DNA of 63,316 bases, counting the filler, from Saprolegnia diclina VS20 (taxonomy: Eukaryota), in NCBI RefSeq assembly GCF_000281045.1. It is 15 parts of 6 records of this genome, joined end to end, with 100 filler letters (N's around TTAATTAATTAA, not from the genome) between each part and the next. Parts side by side here need not be neighbours in the genome. Positions count along the whole stretch, not along the records: positions 60,572 to 62,007 come from NW_008246242.1; positions 62,108 to 63,316 come from NW_008246244.1; 13 more parts are not named here. The stretch is one strand, 5' to 3'. The notes beneath the pieces were generated by a model, which worked only from the letters and a program-made list of their open reading frames with translations, was not told the origin of the DNA and did not search any database. Both the position numbers and the translations under genes were made by a program. Of the stretch, positions 60,707 to 63,316 are shown in pieces (positions within the stretch are counted from its first letter, which is position 1; the number at the start of each line of letters is the position of its first letter).

Positions 60707-61732
60707 TTGCGAACGCATCTTGCGAGCTACCTTGGTAAAGTTTTGCGACGCTGCGATCTTGTCAACAGTGGCTGCGTCGATAGCTGCTTCGGCAAGGATC
60801 CGGTCGGCAAGCAATTCGAGCTCGCAATCAACTGCCGTGCGGGAGTTCGCTTTGACCTTGCGTGCTTTTTCAAGCCGCGAGCTGTTGGGGATGCAGTCGG
60901 TCAGGCAGACGCTGCACGCTGTCAGGAGAGTGCGCGCCAGCGAGATGCCGGATCCGGGCGCATCGCTGCATGTGCCTCGTGCAACGAGGCACTCTACGAA
61001 TGCGAAGATCAGATTGTTGACGCGGGGCCTGTCGAACACCTACCCACAGTGTTTCGCCTCGATGACTTCCAAGTTGCTCGGCTGCCGCGCGACAGCAAGC
61101 TCGTCTCCGAAGTTGTGTCGGTGCTCCGCGTTGATGGTGTGCACTATCATCTGAACTCAAGCCTTGTCCCAGACAAAAGCAACGTCGTGCTGTGCTCGAC
61201 ATGCGCCAAGGACCCGACTGCAGGGTCTCACAGTATCGCCAAGGGCTACGACTACGGGCGGTGCGAGACGTTGCCAAAAATCAGCGACGCTACCTTGCGG
61301 GCTATCACAGCTGCACGTGCGCATCATATTAACCTTCTTGTGCGCCAGCACCACGCAACCGCCCACTGCATTTGCTTTTTTGCGGATGGGCCGATCCAAG
61401 TCGCCAAGATTTTGCCTGAAGTCACGGACGGGCGACGATTCCATGTGACGTACGTCGGACCACACGAGAAGTGCGATGAGACGCTCAATTCCATCCGTGA
61501 GCACCACGAGATCGTTGCAGACACCGCTTCTCGATATCTTCACGTCTGGAAAGGCGTGGGCCATCCGGGCTACGTTGACGTCACTATCGACGACAGCACA
61601 GAAATGCGCAATCGTATGACCGCCGAAACCGACGCGATCGAGCGCGAGGTCATCATCAACGACGACCAAGACGTCATTGCACTCAAGGAGTATCTTGACG
61701 ACAATGTCGACGTCGTTGACGGCGACGATTAG
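60707..61732 (+). mobile_element. Helitron-associated DUF6570-like ORF fragment
   Basis: CASC...LCSTC..P..HSIAKG.DYG...LP.I...AI...AHCICF...LP...VTYVG...YL.VW...HPGYVDVTID matches the pattern of the region N-terminal to Helitron2/Helentron RepHel. Confidence 0.6.
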
Positions 61733-62107
61733 CCTCACACTTTGGGTCGCATACGCCGAAACCGCGAAACCCGAGTGGCAAGGTCAGCAGACCATTCTGG
61801 TTCACCAATGCGTCGTCGCCGAGTATCTCTACGTGAAGTACTTGGCCACTACGTATCGAACCACAATCGATATCGACCCCCCAACACCCGAAGCTAGTCG
61901 CATCCGCCAATCGTTGCACCAACAAGGTCGTCTGCCAAGCACCAATTAAAATACATAATCCATATGATTTCATCGTTCCTACCAGCCCACTCCCCCGGAC
62001 CCTAGTCNNNNNNNNNNNNNNNNNNNNNNNNNNNNNNNNNNNNNNNNNNNNTTAATTAATTAANNNNNNNNNNNNNNNNNNNNNNNNNNNNNNNNNNNNN
62101 NNNNNNN

Positions 62108-63316
62108 ACGGTGCTGGCGCTCGGCGGCCTTGTCCACGGCTGGGCCGCCGGCGCCGCCTCGAGCTTGGCCGCCCAGATCGTCAGCCTCGTCGTCGTCGGC
62201 GCTGCGTACGTGAGTTTGACGTTGAGCATGGCCGAAGTCTCGAGTGCATTGCCCTTTGGCGGTGGCGTCTTTGGTCTCAGTCGGTGTTCGCTGGGGTACT
62301 ACCTCGGCTTTGTCGTCGGCGCGTGCGAGTGTCTCTACTACATTCTGTACACGAGTGCACTCACGCTCACGCTTGGCGACCTCGTGGCGCCGACGCTCGG
62401 GACGGTGTTTGTGCCGCTCATCTGGTTTGGCACGCACGCGGCCGCTGTGCTATTTCACATTCTTCAGAACCGGTGGTTTTGGCACCTCACTGCCGGCGTC
62501 GTCGTCTTCGGTCTTGGTCTAGTTGCGCTCTACTGCGCAGGCGTGTGGCGCGCCTTGCATGACGAGGTGTCGGCAAAGGCTGCGTCGTCCGACAGTGGCT
62601 GGACCATACTGAAGCTGCTGCCTCTGTACACCCACAGTTTTATCGGTATCGACGCGCTCTCGTCATTCGCCGACCACGTCCAACGACCAATCGATATCGT
62701 GCCGGTGGGACAAGCCCGCGGGTCGTACTCGGTGCTTATTGTCAGTGCGCTGGTGTTTGCGTCCTCGACGATCGTGCCACCGACGACGACAGCGGGGGGA
62801 CTCACCCGAGGTGCGTGGGAGGAGGGACTGTTATGCTCATGAGCTCATATCGAAGTGATGACTAGGTTTTCAAGAGGTGCTGGGCATCGATGAGTCGTCG
62901 GCGGCCCTCGTCTCGCTGCCTCTGCTAATTCCTGCGATCGGCGCCTTCGTCCTCACCTCGTCCAACATCCTCACGGGTCTTGCCAAGTCGAGTTTGGTCT
63001 ATCGCCGCCTGGCCCGGCCACTACTGGGATACAACTGCTACCCTCGAACGCTCGTCGTCTGCAGCCTATTGAGCTTCGGCCTCGCGTGGCTGGCCCAAAC
63101 AATTCCCGTTCTTGGTCGGAATCTGTACAATGTGTCCTTCCTCTTTGCAATGCCGACCTACATGGCCCACGCGTACGGGTTTTTGTACCTTGGCGCCAAG
63201 TTTCCAGCACACAAGCGTTCGTTCGTGTCGCCCTTGGGGCGAATGGCGGGAGTCTACGCCATTGGTATCTTTGGGCTCTGCTGGATCTCGGTCCTCATTT
63301 GCCAAGACGACAGTCT
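62108..63316 (+). CDS. APC-superfamily amino acid permease, partial at both ends; intron 62811-62865
   Basis: GW.AG, AYVSLTLSMAEVSSALPFGGGVFGLSRCSLGYYLGFVVGACE, FIGID and multiple TM helices. Confidence 0.8.

Overview
Eukaryotic, GC-rich, intron-containing DNA. It most resembles a saprolegnian oomycete (Saprolegnia/Achlya-like): short GT-AG introns, Inr-FPR core promoters, expanded TKL kinases, and ankyrin and RNI-like LRR families. The window is about 15 small contigs joined by an artificial N-TTAATTAATTAA-N spacer, so adjacency across spacers is uncertain. Confident calls are urocanate hydratase, a spliceosomal U6 snRNA and LTV1. Also present are a 7TM(GPCR)-TKL kinase fusion, an ankyrin-repeat TRP-like channel, two PX-RING-H2 genes with three PX-like relatives, a GNAT acetyltransferase, an SNF2 ATPase N-terminal half, an inverted LRR pair and an APC permease. 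TE debris includes LINE RT, copia RNase H, a Helitron DUF6570-like ORF, a TIR element and a MITE-like hairpin. The most interesting signal is a cluster of C2-kinase-pseudokinase (tandem kinase) genes that share a palindromic CTTGATA(G/T)T promoter motif and sit next to LRR genes. Other notable signals are a tandemly duplicated putative dead Ulp1/SENP-fold protease, the PX/PX-RING cluster around U6, and a duplicated U6-upstream segment. All family assignments are by eye from motifs; no searches were run.
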